A stretch of 64,000 nt of DNA from Klebsormidium nitens (taxonomy: Eukaryota; Plantae; Klebsormidiophyceae), in contig DF237366.1 of NCBI GenBank assembly GCA_000708835.1, positions 1 through 64,000 of the forward strand, written 5' to 3'. The notes beneath the pieces are model-generated. The model had not been told where the DNA came from, made no database searches, and saw nothing but the letters and a program-made list of their open reading frames with translations. The stretch's first letter is position 1, and each line of letters begins with the position of its first letter. The position numbers and the translations under genes are program-made. Positions 23,394-38,900 of the stretch are shown here, in pieces.

Positions 23394-26192
23394 ATGAGTC
23401 TGTCAATTACGTTCCTCTCGCTGAATCTGTGCGGGCAAGATCCCAGCGATGGAAGCAATCCTTGGGCTCGCAGAAAGGAGCTTTGTGTCGACCTACTCAA
23501 AAAGTTTCGCCCCATCATCTTCTGTATTCAAGCCGGTGAGCATCCCAGAGAGGGAAGAAAAGTTAAAAGTACTAATGTTACAAAGTGGTGAAGTAGCAAC
23601 GATCGGGGGACTTGAAGTTGCTTGATTTGCATAATCTGCACCTCTGAGACACTTCTGCAGTAAGCCGTTGGTAGCAAAGCTTCTTATCCTTGTCACAAGT
23701 CCTGGGGAGTTAGTTCACTGAGCTGGAACTGACACAATATCGATTATGCGTGTCTTGCAGGCCTTCATCTCCAGCTTGAGTACTTGAAAGCTTCATTACC
23801 AGGCAAGCAGCCAAACACTTAGTGTTTCGTGCCCCAGCATGACAGAAATATGTATGACCAGGCCAAAGCACTTAAGGCACTGTTAACTGACGAGCAAGTG
23901 GATGGAAGGTTGTGACGTTTCCTGCTTGACGGTCGTACTCATGCAGCTGGTATTGCTTCTTGTGCAGGATATGACTACTTTGGGTGCTCAAGGAAGGGAC
24001 CAGATGACAAGGGCGACGAATTTTGTGCAATCTTCTTCGATGCTACAAAGGTGCGCTTACCTGGTTGTAGGGAACGGTTTTTGCTTGACACTGCGAGCAT
24101 ATTCTAGCCACTGCAGCTTTGGCTTGACTTTATCTTACTCCGCACCAAACATCTATCCTCAGAAACTGCTAGGACAGCAAGATTCCGCAGGTCGAGCGAC
24201 ATTTATACAACCTATTATGCTTTCTGGCAGCACTGACTGACCTGGTCCGTTTCTTCAAAACCAGATCGACCGAACCGATGGTGGGACCTTCTGGCTTTCA
24301 GAGACACCCTCGGTGCCCGGCAGCACGTCCTGGGGTGCAGCACATCCTCGCATAGCAAACTGGGCAACATTCCAAATACGGCGGCTTCACCCACCTGGTT
24401 TTACATTCCAGGTACCGTTGCAACGTTCCCATCTGCATTCGAACAATTAATCTACTACGCCGCTGCGGAAAAATCTTAGCTTAAGCTTCGGCCTTTGTAC
24501 GTTATCGGAGAGAATCCAAATCCTGCCAGCGAACGACTGTGCAACTGGCCCCGGCAAGAGAGAAGAACTAATTGAGTATCTTATAAGCGGGTGGGAAACC
24601 TTCATGAGTGAACTTCGCATCAAGTGGGTACCAATGGCACTGTCACTACGGTAGGTTGTTTTGGAAACTGTATGCACAGCCCAACTTATCAGATGTAGAA
24701 ATGATTCGTGCAAAGCAAGGAAGCGGGGCCTTCTTTCCGTATCTTTCTCAGGGCGTATGAACCCCAAGCTCTCTATGCTCGAGACGCAGGAACCACGTAA
24801 TCCTTGCAGGTGATGAATACGCAGCTAGACGACAAGAGCAGTAATGCAAGGAGGCGCGGTGCCCTTCTTGCTTGGCAGCATGTAGCTTCGCTTCCACCAA
24901 CACTGCCAGTGGTGTTTTGCGGAGACTTCAACACTGATAAAGAGTCCGACGTTGGTCGATTCTTCCTGGGCCGGTCAAGGTGGGTTTCATTTTAAAATCT
25001 TCTGAAATCAATCATCCTATCAGCTGTCTCGTACAGTCAACTTGTCAATCGAGCATAGCGGCTATGTTCAAGAAGCGTTCCCTAGTTCAGTCGAAACCTA
25101 GAACTGTCAGGAGCTGTCAATTCTACTTACGAGTCAATTCATTTACCTAGTTTTTAAGGACAAGGACAACACATTTTGCAGTCTTCATACTAATGAGCCT
25201 AATCTGCTGAAGGTGGCGGGAATACGGTTAGCTATCACGGGTTCTTTTTGCAAGGTCAAGTATGACGGAGCTGAATTCATCATACCTCCAGGATGTCTCT
25301 TGCATCTCTTGTGGTCGAACAGCCCTTTGAGGAAAACTCCGAGGCAGCTTCCCCGGACACCGTCATTCACGAGCAGTTTGGCTTCAATCTGACAGAGGCT
25401 TCGGCTAAGATTAGCCTCACTCAGCTTCGCAACTTGGATTTCAGCTCCTCGTTTGCCTTTCATGTGTATAGACCAGTACGGCCTTTCTTTTGAATGCAGA
25501 CTGTTGAACGAAAAAGGCGACTTGCGGGACGCCTGGCAAAGCGCACGACGGCGAAGGAATGGGGGTATCGTGCACACAAACCATGGTTTTAGAGGTGAGG
25601 GATATTGTCTAAGCTAATCTTCAAAGGGCAGAAACTACGTGACACTAAACGGGCACTGTGCAAGGATACCGCCTACTAATGATCCGATGCTTACAAACGA
25701 AGCAAAGAAACGGTTCAATGAATGATGGTTTGCTTCCAATTGCTACCACCACAAAAAGGCTTCACTGGACGTCATTGAGGTTGACGAGATCTCTCTCGTT
25801 AATAACCTAGCTCTTGAACGGGTTTCTTATCTTGAGATCAATGTCATCTCAGAAGTCCTCTGAGTTAAAATTGGCTTTGGTATCGCCAATGCCCACGACT
25901 TAGGGAGTTGCAGCCGTGACGACTGTTTCTGGGCCACTGTGCAGGGGAGGAACAAGGTTGCTGGGAGTGCTTCAAGCACTTTTACCGGGTCTTCTGCATG
26001 TGTTGGGACCGAAACTATCAAGACCTACACAGCGACTGGGTCTTCTTCAAAGGACGTCAACTGGCCCCCGTCTTTGCCGAAGTTGTGGTGGACAATAAGG
26101 AAGGCCGCTTCCCGTCGGATCACTATCCCGTGTACATCGAGTTCCTGCTGCCACGCAGCGTACGCCTCCTCGAGGGTTCGCTGGTTGGTTGA
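23394..26192 (+). CDS. Endonuclease/exonuclease/phosphatase (DNase I-like, EEP) family protein, 7 exons
   Basis: Exons 23394-23535, 23761-23802, 23968-24050, 24265-24411, 24810-24979, 25500-25594 and 25945-26192. Motifs FLSLN, W..RK, GYDYFGCSR, GGTFWLSETPSVPGSTSWGA, VVFCGDFN, LRDAW, DWVFFKG and PSDHYPV. Confidence 0.9.
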
Positions 26193-27447
26193 GCGGATGA
26201 AGAAGCTCGAAGAATCGACAAGGCATGCAATGACAAGGGACCCACGGAACTGTAGGATCGACGTCGCAAACGGCTCGATCCATGGTATAAGCAGGGAAGC
26301 GGACGGACTTGCACATAAGATCTGCCCGGCATACATGCTGAGGATTGAAATAAGTATAATCTTACTTCGTCCTCCGTCGTGAAGGTCGAAGGTAAAGCTC
26401 CCGCTGGAACGCCCCTAGATTGCTGCTTCGCCTAGACATGCGAGCTGACCCAGCTTATCTTGTTACAATAATAGTATGGCCCCGGCATTGAGGGCCAGGC
26501 CGCGCCATCCAATCTCGTAGAAAGATGGCGTATATCGTAAACACACCTGAATGCGCCTGGCGATTCAAGGGCGGCGCGACGCAGCTTCAATCGTATAAAG
26601 TTTATGAATGTCTACCGAAGCTAGCTGTACGCTCTTTCAATTGGAGGTAAGCCTTTTATTTGTTAGTCCGTATCCTCAACAGCCTGTCGAGAGCATATAC
26701 ATAGACTCAGCTTGCGACTAGCTCGCGCGCTACGTACCCTACTTTTCCTTCAATCGAGATATTGCATGCGTGCTGCATGTTGCACACGCGCATTATCTGA
26801 GGCTATAGCTGATAAAGCGTGCTGAGCGATCGCATACTGCCCACCGTTCCCCGCGCAAGCAAGCCTATCGAAGCTCTTCGATATTCCATGCAATTAGCCG
26901 GTCAGTGTACATGTACCGTATACTAGATGCATGATATAACCGCACTCAGTGCAGTTGGAAAATATAGCCATGATATCCTGCATGAGAGACTTCATGGTAT
27001 ATACGTTGCATGACAGACAGTGATACTTGTCACTACAGCTGCATTATATGCAACGCGTTCAACGAAAATGCAGCATGTCAAGATTTCTGGCGCTGTGCTA
27101 CGTAGATCTTGCACCGCCGCGATTGGCTAAGTTTTGCGCATCAACGACTGAGTCAAGGTCGCGGCCACACTAGAAGACCAATACGTGTGCGGATGTAATT
27201 TATAGCAAACACTTATTCCCATGTTCAACAATGGACTACGGGGCCGGATTTATTACAGGGTTGTTACCACTCTTTCATACCTTTATGACCCCGTACGAAG
27301 CGTGATACAAGTCATTGACGAGAAATGAAAACGGTAAAAGGAGCAAACACATATAGTATGATCGTTTGAATGAGCATTTTTGGGACAAGAGCAGAATGAA
27401 CGTGTTTTGGTGCTGACTAGGTGAACATATACTACTGTCAACCACTA

Positions 27448-29198
<1,751 letters not shown>

Positions 29199-29919
29199 TC
29201 ACTCTAAAGGTGTTTGGAGGCCAAATGACCAATGAAGCAGTTTTGCGGCTGGCAGAGACACAGCTTCAAAACAACGCTTCCAAACCAATCTTCCTTCAAA
29301 AGCCAATTTGCTCGAGAGCAGAAGATCACTGCGTCACAAAATCTGTTCCCGAGAGAATCACTTAAATCAGACAAAAGAGCACAGGGGAACTTTGATGCTC
29401 TATATTTCACACAATATGGATGGATGGTAGTGAGCGCAGCGCAGATCTAACTTCGAAGCGAGGGAGGATTGCGCACAGGTCTTGCTGAAGAGCTTGCTCG
29501 CCACAAGTTGTCGTGACTGACGCTCGCCTGAGGCTGCAGCCTGCGCAGGCAGCACTGCATCATGGCCCCTCCTCTTCGTTCCCTCGCGCACCGTTTGGCG
29601 GGGTGCCCGGCCGGGGCACTTCTCTGGGTACGGTCCCTGTGTGATTCCTATATTGGGCATTGGCTGGGTCCTACACCTTATCGCCGTCAAAGTGCACGGT
29701 ACATAAGCACCGAGCGTTCAATCAGGGGGAGCCCTTGGGCGGCTGGGCCTGGGCCGGCATAATCGGCTACAGCCTACCTACATGGGTGCATGGACAGGGC
29801 TCATGAGAGTTAGGGCGAAGGAAGGCACATAGGTAGCTAGCTACGTGAGAGAGTTGGGTTGCTGTAGCCTTAGGCCACTTTCATTGATTTCACCAATCTG
29901 TGCCTGAGGTTCTTCGACC

Positions 29920-32900
29920 ATGGATGGCATGGCGCCAGCAAATCTTTTGGAAGAGGTAGGCTGATCGAATCCGCCTTGTTCCATTTGGTATTACTGGTGC
30001 GTACCACCGTATCATGCTTGCGGAATGCATGGAGATGATGCAGCTGACCTCTTAACTGAGGGGACGAGTGCAGAACCTTTCAAAGCTTTCTAATGAGCTG
30101 TGTTGAGAGCAATGCTGTGAGCATGGCAACCACCTCTGAGCATGAACTCAGTATCTAAGAAATCTCGAAGTATACAATGACTGAAAGAGACCATCACCTT
30201 CAAGCAGCCTCAGATGCGGACGATTATTTGGTGGTGGTTGTGTGGCTGCATGCTTGCCACCTGCTTGAACTGGGTGGCACTATCTGATCAGCTCTCTCTT
30301 TGCTCCAGGTGCCGAGGCTCACCACCATGCTAAGAGCCTATGGTCCTGAGCGCCACCACCCTTTTGATGTTTATGAACAGTTCGTGCGTAGAAAGTCAAT
30401 CCTCGAGGAGTATCAAAGAAGGTGAGTTGCTTGCGCTCTCTTTGGGTGAGCGGATCTTTAGTATTCCACTTGAGGTGGAGTTATCAAAGATAGTCACAAG
30501 GAGCCCAGGCAGTTGTTGATGACTAGATGAAGTGGTGGAACGTGTCTCAGCAGAAAAGTAGAGGGTTTCTGATGGGCTTCTGGGCAGAATCATGTCCACG
30601 TTAGCGGATGGTGCTACGCAGCCCATTTCGCAGATAGGTTGCTTTCGGCGGAGCATGACCAGAGGCTTGTTTGAGCTTGCAGGGCAGCAAATCAGAAGTC
30701 TGCTGTGGGCGCATCCGCTCTGGCGCGCAAGTTGATTCCACACTGGGACACAGGTACACAAGCGCTCTTTTCCCTTGATTATGGCTTCGAGCAAGCCTTT
30801 TGCATCCCCTTCCAGTGGGTTTGTTATCTGATCATATGCAGAATTGACTGTTCGAGGTGACCTTGATGCATGAAAGTATGGCATCGATTGTCTTTGTACC
30901 CTTTTGTGTTGCAGCCCCGCATGCCGCTCGTGAGGTGTACGAGCAGTTCCTTGGGGCTGCCCGGGAATTGTTGGGAGGGGAGCCGTCGTCGGAGGAGCTG
31001 CATCAGTCGGCAACCCTCATCTATGAAAGCCTTGCAAACCTGGAGCTCAATGAGAGGGGGCAGTTTGCTCGTTCTGACCTTGCGGACAAGAGGTAAGAGG
31101 AGTACCTGTCGGAGCTGCTTTTGAAAGCACACAAGCATGAAGGGTTGATTGGAGGCAACCACATGCTTTTTTCCTGCCTCTTTCCTTGCCCCCTGCAGAC
31201 ATTGATTGTTTCTAGTCAAAAGTGTGCTACAGTGGCTGCTGCCAGGCACGAGGTATGGTGCAAGCCATCCCTTCTTGTTGTGGTGCAGGGCGGACCTGGT
31301 GTCCATCTTTGGCACCCTCACTGAAGGCCCTGTTTTCAGTGCCACCGCCCACCTGGTGCTCCAGCTGCGAGACTGGGCAGCTAAGCTCAGGAGCACGGGT
31401 GAATTAGAGGTGCCCACACCCAGCCGCGAGTTCCGGGACACCCTTGGCTACGATGCCCAACCAGGCAACAGGGACGGTGTCAACGGGGCCTCTGAGTCGG
31501 AGGAGTGGTGGGAGGACGACGAGGATGATCTCGACAGCTGGGGCCTTCCGTCGCCCCCGGGAACAGCTGCGCCGGCTCCCCACCCTGGCCAGGGCATGCT
31601 CGAGCAGACCGTGGTGCCTCACCGTCCAGGGACGCCAGGGCCGGAGGGGGGGCCCGATGGCACTTCGTGGGCTCAGCTGGAGTCGCCGGGCATGGAGGAG
31701 AAGGATCCGCTGGTCTGGTTGCAGCAGCAGTGCCAAGCGGCGAGTGCCCTGGGCGGGGCAGGGGCGTTCCGGGGCGATGAGCTGGCGCTGAACGTGCTGC
31801 GACTGCTGGACAGCGAGGGGTCGGGGGATGAGGTGGCAGGGGACCTGCTGGACCTGCTGGGAAACGGGGGGGTCGAAATCATCGAGGAGCTGCTGCAGCG
31901 GAGGAAGGCCATCACGGATGCGGCGAAAAAGGCCCTGTCGGCGCTCAAGTCTGTGGACGACGAGGGCAAGGCGCAGCAGCAGCCCAGGATGCCCAGCTAC
32001 GGCACGCAGGTATGGAGCAGCACCATGCATCTCAAAGCCTGGTGGTGGGGGTTTCAAAGAGGTGGCCCGCTTTTCTGGTTTACGCAGCGGCAGTGATCCC
32101 TTTTTGACAGAAGGAGGGTTGGATGACCAGCCTCGAAGCTAGCAAGGCTGTGGCCTTTTGAACAGTATGGGCAGACGTCGCTTGAGACATAGCCTCGTAG
32201 GGAATGATGGTTGAGACAAGCGATGGCCACATTCACTCTTTCGGCAGGGGGCTACTGGGGCACTGGCGTCCCGAGGACCAAAAAACCACGGGTTCTTGGT
32301 TGGCCTTTTAAATCTGCAACTAGATCCATGAGAAACAGGCCCCCAGTGCGTGTGCTTGCTGTCTGTGGCTTTGGACTGGGGCCTGTGTGTCCTGCAGTAC
32401 ACATGTCATTTGAACATAAGGATTAATGCAGCCCCCTCTGCTGAATTCACAATGAACAGGGGGTTCCCATGAAAGCACCGTTGTTCGAGGTGCTTTGATC
32501 TCGCCTCTTGCCGCTTGTTTGCATGGCGCATGCAACGGCCTGTTTCTTGCCGCTTTCAGGTGAGCGTGCACACCGACTCGGACCGCGTGTTGGACAAGCT
32601 GCGACGCAAGGAGGAGAAGCGGCAGGCGCGAGCAGGACATGCGTCGGGCAAGGGCGAGTCGGACTGGGACTGGCTGGCGGGGGCGGGGGGGTTCGTGGCG
32701 CTTCTGGACGTGGGCTTGGGAGCGAGGGGCGTGATCGACAGTCTTGTGGGCAGAGGGGAAGACGGCTTCGGCAGCCTGGGCGTGAACGCGCGGGCGCTGC
32801 CCAAGGGGACCATGCGCAAGACGTTCAAGGGGTACGAGGAGGTGCACGTGCCCGCCACGCCGACCGCGGAGATGTTGCCGCAGGAGCGGCTGGTCAAGAT

Positions 32901-35900
32901 CGAGGAGATGGACGAGTTTGCGCAGCTGGCCTTTGAAGGATATACCACGCTCAACCGCATCCAGGTCAGCGTCGTCGTCTGTGTGAACTCGGCCCACTCT
33001 TTCATTATCATCATTTCTGAACCTTACAGTGTAGAGTCAGGGGTGGTTGCACATAAAGACTAGACATTTTTAGTCCCCTGACTTTGGTTTTTGTGAACGG
33101 CGTTCCAGACGACCTGGAAAGCTTCGTCGCTCAACAGAACCCCTTTCGGCCTGCGCTGCTCTCCTAGGCGAGTTCTAATCTGGTCTCTGTTTCTGCTTGA
33201 CCAGAGCCGCATCTACCGCACGGCATACTTGAGCAACGAGAACCTGCTGGTGTGCGCCCCGACGGGCGCGGGCAAGACCAACATCGCCATGATCGCGGTG
33301 CTGCACGCGGTGAAGGCGCACATGGTGCACGGCGTGCTGCAGAGGAAGGACTTTAAGATCGTGTACGTCGCGCCCATGAAGGCGCTGGCGGCTGAAATGA
33401 CGCGCGCGTTCGGGCACCGCCTGGAGCCGCTCGGGATGGTCGTCAAGGAGCTCACCGGCGACATGCAGCTCACCAAGCGCGAGCTGGAGGAGACGCAGGT
33501 GCGCCGCCGAAGCCAGCACGCCAGGCGCTGAGCGCGGGGGAAACAAAGTTTGCCTTGACTTTGCAAAAGGGCAGCATCAGACATCATTAGGTCCTGCCTT
33601 CGCGGAGGCTTTGTGTTGTCTGCAAATCCTGGAATGATCTGGGCTTCTGAAACTTCGAAGGTGGAACGAGGAGCATTACTCAAACCACTGTCTTCTGCGC
33701 AGATGATCGTGACGACGCCCGAGAAGTGGGACGTGATCACGCGCAAGAGCAGCGACGTGGCGCTGGCGACGCTGGTGACGCTGCTGATCATCGACGAGGT
33801 GCACCTGCTCAACGACGACCGCGGGCCCGTCATCGAAACGCTCGTCGCCAGGACGCTGCGCCAGGTCAGCCACCCGCGCCCGCGCCGCACTGCAGCTGCC
33901 CCGGCAAAGTTGCCACTCGCCGCTGAAAAGCGTGCAGTTGGAGCCCGTCTGTTGGAGCATGTTTTCGTCAGCTGCCTTACTCCCACTCGGGGTTACATGA
34001 GCCCGTCCCTGGACCCTGTATAAGGAAAAGCAGATTTGCCTAAGCTCGGGCTACTGACCTGATGTTTGCACTGGGGGTGGGGTGACAGGTGGAGGCGACC
34101 CAGAGCATGATCCGCATTGTGGGCCTCTCCGCGACGCTGCCCAACTACAAGGAGGTCGCGCACTTCCTGCGGGTCAACCTGGACACCGGCCTCTTCTACT
34201 TCGACTCCAGCTACCGTCCGGTGAGCAGCCCGGCCGACGCAACCCCGTGTGTTCATTACCTGGCCGCTAGTTACCTCGCCGCTAGGAAATGTTGTTGCCT
34301 TCAGCACACGCATCTCTCTTGCGCCAGGAATTTTATGTAGTTTGAAGTATGATAGACATGATCTCGAATTTCAGACGCTCCGTGAACGAACTGCAAGTGC
34401 CCGCGTTCTCGAGCCAAACCCATGACGGTTTCCGTTGCGTCCTCTTCTTCCTTTCTGACCCGCCGACCGCCGTTATTTGTGCAGATTCCGCTCCGGCAGC
34501 AGTACATTGGCGTGAGCGAGCAGAACTACGTGACCCGCAACACGCTGATGAACACCATCTGCTACGAGAAGGTTGTGGGGGCGGTCAAGGACGGCAAGCA
34601 GGCCATGGTCTTCGTCCACTCCAGAAAGGTGAAGCACCCTGCGCTGCTGGGGACGGCGAGCACAAACGGCGATCCATCCTGAGGAACCAACGGGCCAGTT
34701 TTGTGTTGAACGGGTTGTCCTGTCGTGAAGCTAACGCAAAAGATTTGCAAAGGCGTGCCTTTTTTGCGACCGTAAGCATCAGCCGCAGTTTGGCGAAGCC
34801 TTTGATGGCAGCTTCGTCCTCTCCTCTGCCGGCATCGGACTCTCAACCCTTTCCACCCCCGGCTGACAGGACACGGTGAAGACTGCGCGCATCTTGGTGG
34901 AGCTGGCGGCGCAGCGCGGGGACGTGAGCCTGTTCGAGCCGGAGGCGACGGAGCAGGCGGGGCTGTGGAAGAAGGAGGTGGCCAAGTCGCGCGCGCGCGA
35001 GATTTCGGAGCTCTTCGCGTCCGGCTTTGGCACGCACCACGCCGGCATGCTGCGCTCCGACCGCAACCTCACCGAGAAGCTCTTCAGCATGGGCCTCCTC
35101 AAGGTGGGCGCGCGGCATGACCGCGAACGGCCTTTCTCGGAGGACTACTTCGCGTTAACTATCTTAGAAAGTCACAAAGCTGGGTCGAGAAGGGGATTAA
35201 AGCCTTCAACGCTGTTTGGCTGAGCTCCTTGCTGGGGTTGGCTTCTTCCTGACCAGAAACTCTTTCACCACAAACCCTCTCAAAGGAGGGTCGACCGTTC
35301 ATAGGATAGAGAATGGGACTGCTGTCCTGTGTTGTTTGTCTCAGCCGCCGTGGGTGCGGTTCTCGGTGCAGGTGCTGGTGTGCACGGCGACGCTGGCGTG
35401 GGGCGTGAACCTGCCGGCGCACATGGTGGTCATCAAGGGCACGCAGCTGTACGAGCCCAAGGCCGGCGGCTTCCGCGAGCTCTCCATGCTCGACGTCATG
35501 CAGGTGACCGCACGCTGCCACTCGCAGCTCGACATGACGCCGTCTGTGCGCTAAAAACAAAGGGAGAGCTGGAATCTATCACGAGATTGAGACTGAGAGT
35601 GCAAGTGCGGCTAAAGCCTGCTCAGGCATCAACGCAAGAGGCTTTTGCTGTAAAACTCGCTTGCGCGTTAAGCTTTATGAATCTCAGTCGCTTCGCCCCC
35701 ATTCTCGTTTCTCATGTTGCGCATCGGTTGCTCTGTACATGCGCATCTAGGCATTTGTAATCAGGCTTTTTGAAGGCTGCAACTCCTGACCTGAGCAGGT
35801 CTACCTTTATATCAGCTCAGCTTCTTGCTTCTGCATCCCGACGTGCAGATTTTTGGGCGTGCGGGCCGCCCCCAGTTCGACACGAGCGGCGAGGGCATCA

Positions 35901-38900
35901 TCATCACGACGCACGACAAGCTGGCGCACTACCTGCGGCTGATGACGCACCAGCTGCCCATCGAGAGCCAGTTCATCGCGTCGCTGCGGGACAATCTGAA
36001 CGCGGAGGTGGTTCTCGGCACCGTGACCAACATCAAGGAGGCCATCACCTGGCTCTCCTATACCTACCTCTCCGTGCGAATGCGCATGTGAGCCCCGACC
36101 CGCCCCCACTCGGCTCTTTGCTCCTGTTCAAGGTCTCCTGACCCAAGTCTTTGTGACAGTTTGCTCTGGTCAGGCTCAATTCTTGCTTGGGAAGGTTGAC
36201 TTTGCCGAAAGCCTGCCCAGCACGAATGCGGTTGCTAACACGGAAGCTTATCTTGTGCTGTCTTGGGTCTCCACGGCAGGGTTTTCAGCCGGCATAAAAG
36301 GCCGATGACCAAAACTTTGTATTTGGAGGAGTCTTTGACGGGACGGGTTTGTGAAGCGGCGCTTCTTGGATTATACTACTTGAGTATGTTGGGCGTCCAC
36401 TTCGAGGGTTTTTACCCCACTCACGTGGCTGACGAGCGGTCGCTTGGTGTGTGCGCGCAGCAACCCGCTGCAGTACGGCCTGACGTGGGAGCAGGTGGCG
36501 GTGGACCCGTACTTGGCGAGCCACAAGAAGGAGCTGCTGACCAACGCGGCGCGCGACCTGAACGCGGCGCAGATGCTGCGCTTCGACGAGCGCACGGGCA
36601 ACCTGTACGTGTCGGAGCTGGGCCGCGTGGCCAGCCACTTCTACCTGCAGTACACCAGCGTGCAGACCTACAACGAGCTGCTCAAGAAACACATGAGCGA
36701 CTCCGAGGTGCGCCGCACGCCAGCACGACATGCGAGCTTGCGAAACCTGGCCTTTAGCATAATCTGTCCGCTTGTCCGTTCGTGCTCTGCGGCATTAGTA
36801 GAATTTAGTCAGATGCTAACATACGAAGAGATACGTCTATTGGTGACAGCCACAGTCCGCATGGCTTAGTATCGAGCTCTCTGCGGGGAGTTATGGGTTT
36901 TTAAACCGACTTGATAGAGCTAACTTCAGTTTTGGCTGGTGAGTTGCAAGTGTTCTCCTTTGGGGCCTTGTGCCGCCGCTGCTGACGCGCACGGGTGTGG
37001 GTTGTAGCTGGTGTACATGGTGGCGCGCTCTTCCGAGTTTTCGAGCATCGTGGTGCGCGAGGAGGAGCAGCCCGAGCTGGAGACGCTCATGCGCAAGCAG
37101 TGCCCGCTGCACGTGCGCGGCGGCGCCGAGGACAAGCACGGCAAGATCAACATCCTCATCCAGGCAAGCGGCGCGGCCCCCCCCTCTGTGCGCGAGGCGG
37201 CCCCTTGCTGTAAAGAAACGCAGCTCGCGGCTTATTGCACTGTGAACCGCCAACGACAGTCACTTGTGTGCGTCTCTACAATTTGTATGCCTATTCGTAG
37301 ACGTTGAGAACAAAGGGCTATTACTGGCGACCTCTGCCCTTCCGCGGGTGTTTGCTTTCAGCAGTTTCCTAACGGCTGGTTGTTTGTGGTGGCAGGCCTT
37401 CATTGGGCGCGCGCGGCTGGAGAGCTTCTCGCTGGTGGCGGACAGCGCGTACATCAGCCAGAGCATCGGGCGCATCACACGCGCGCTGTTCGAGATCTGC
37501 CTCAAGAAGAGCTGGTGCACCCTGGCATACCTCCTGCTGCAGTACGCCAAGGTCAGCGCCGCGCGCCGTGCACCGCCCACGATTCTTTTGTCTATTTGGA
37601 GAACTTTGCGCAGGGCACATCAGGGGTCATCTGGAGTGGCTATCCTGGAGCTGGCAGGGAGTCATTGTGAGGTCCCGCAAGTATTGCCTACGGGGTTTAC
37701 TCGCTTTTTGATCTGCTGTAAGCTTCAGAGGTAGTAAGATCCGGAGTTCTCGGTATACGCAGGCGGTGGAGCGGCGGCTGTGGCCGCACCAGCACCCGAT
37801 GCGGCAGTTCGAGACAGTGCTGTCGCCGGAGGTGATGAGCAAGCTGGAGGAGCGCGCGCCCGACTTCGAGCAGCTCTACTTCGAGATGGACCAAAAGGAG
37901 GTCGCCGAGCGGATCCGCAACCCGCACGGGGCCAAGGCAAGCAACTTCCGACGCTTCTCGCTGCTTCCATATGCACCGTTTTGCTTCTGAGCAATCTTTG
38001 ACGGTGGGGAACCACTCACCGATATTGACGCCTGAGCGATGTGGCGTTCGTATGCTAACCTCGTAAAGTCGTCGGTTCCGCTGGCAGCGGCCTGAGCGGG
38101 TTTGTCTTTCCTGGTGCGCAGCTGGTGATGCAGGCGCTGCGCAACTTCCCGCACTTGGAGCTGGACGCGAGCGTGAGCCCCATCACGCGCAACGTGCTGC
38201 GGGTCACGCTGCGCCTCTCCCCGCACTTCGAGTGGAAGGACCGCCTGCACGGCACCGTTGAGCGGTGGTGGATCTGGGTCGAGGTCAGCGCGCAGCCGCC
38301 ACTCAACCTGCAGCAGTCTGAAGAGCGCCAGTAGCTGATCGTTCTGGCCTCTAATGCTGCTTTTTCCATCTTGTTTATCGTCCTATTTTTTGTCCCCAGC
38401 CCAATTTTCTTTTTACTGTTTCCGCTGACCTTTGCGCACCAACTCGCTGTTGGCTCTCCCGCTTCACTGCAGCCCGGCTTAGGCTTTCCTCTTCCGGATG
38501 TGCAGGACTCGGAGAACGAGCACTTGTACCACACGGAGTACTTTTTGCTGACCAAGAAGATGATGGCGGAGACGACGCACGCGATCAGCTTCACGATCCC
38601 CATCTTCGAGCCGCTCCCCCCGCAGTACTACATCCGCGTCATCTCCGACACGTGGCTCGGCGCGGAGACGGTGCACGAGGTGTCGTTCAAGGGGCTCATC
38701 CTGCCGGACCAGCACCCCCCTCACACCGACCTCCTCGACTTGCGGCCCCTGCCGCTCGCCGCGCTGCGCAACGCGCAGTACGAGGCGCTGTACCGGTTTA
38801 CCCACTTCAACCCCATCCAGACGCAGGCGTTCCACACGCTGTACCATAGCGACGCGAACGTGCTCCTGGGTGCGCCCACCGGCAGTGGCAAGACCATCTC

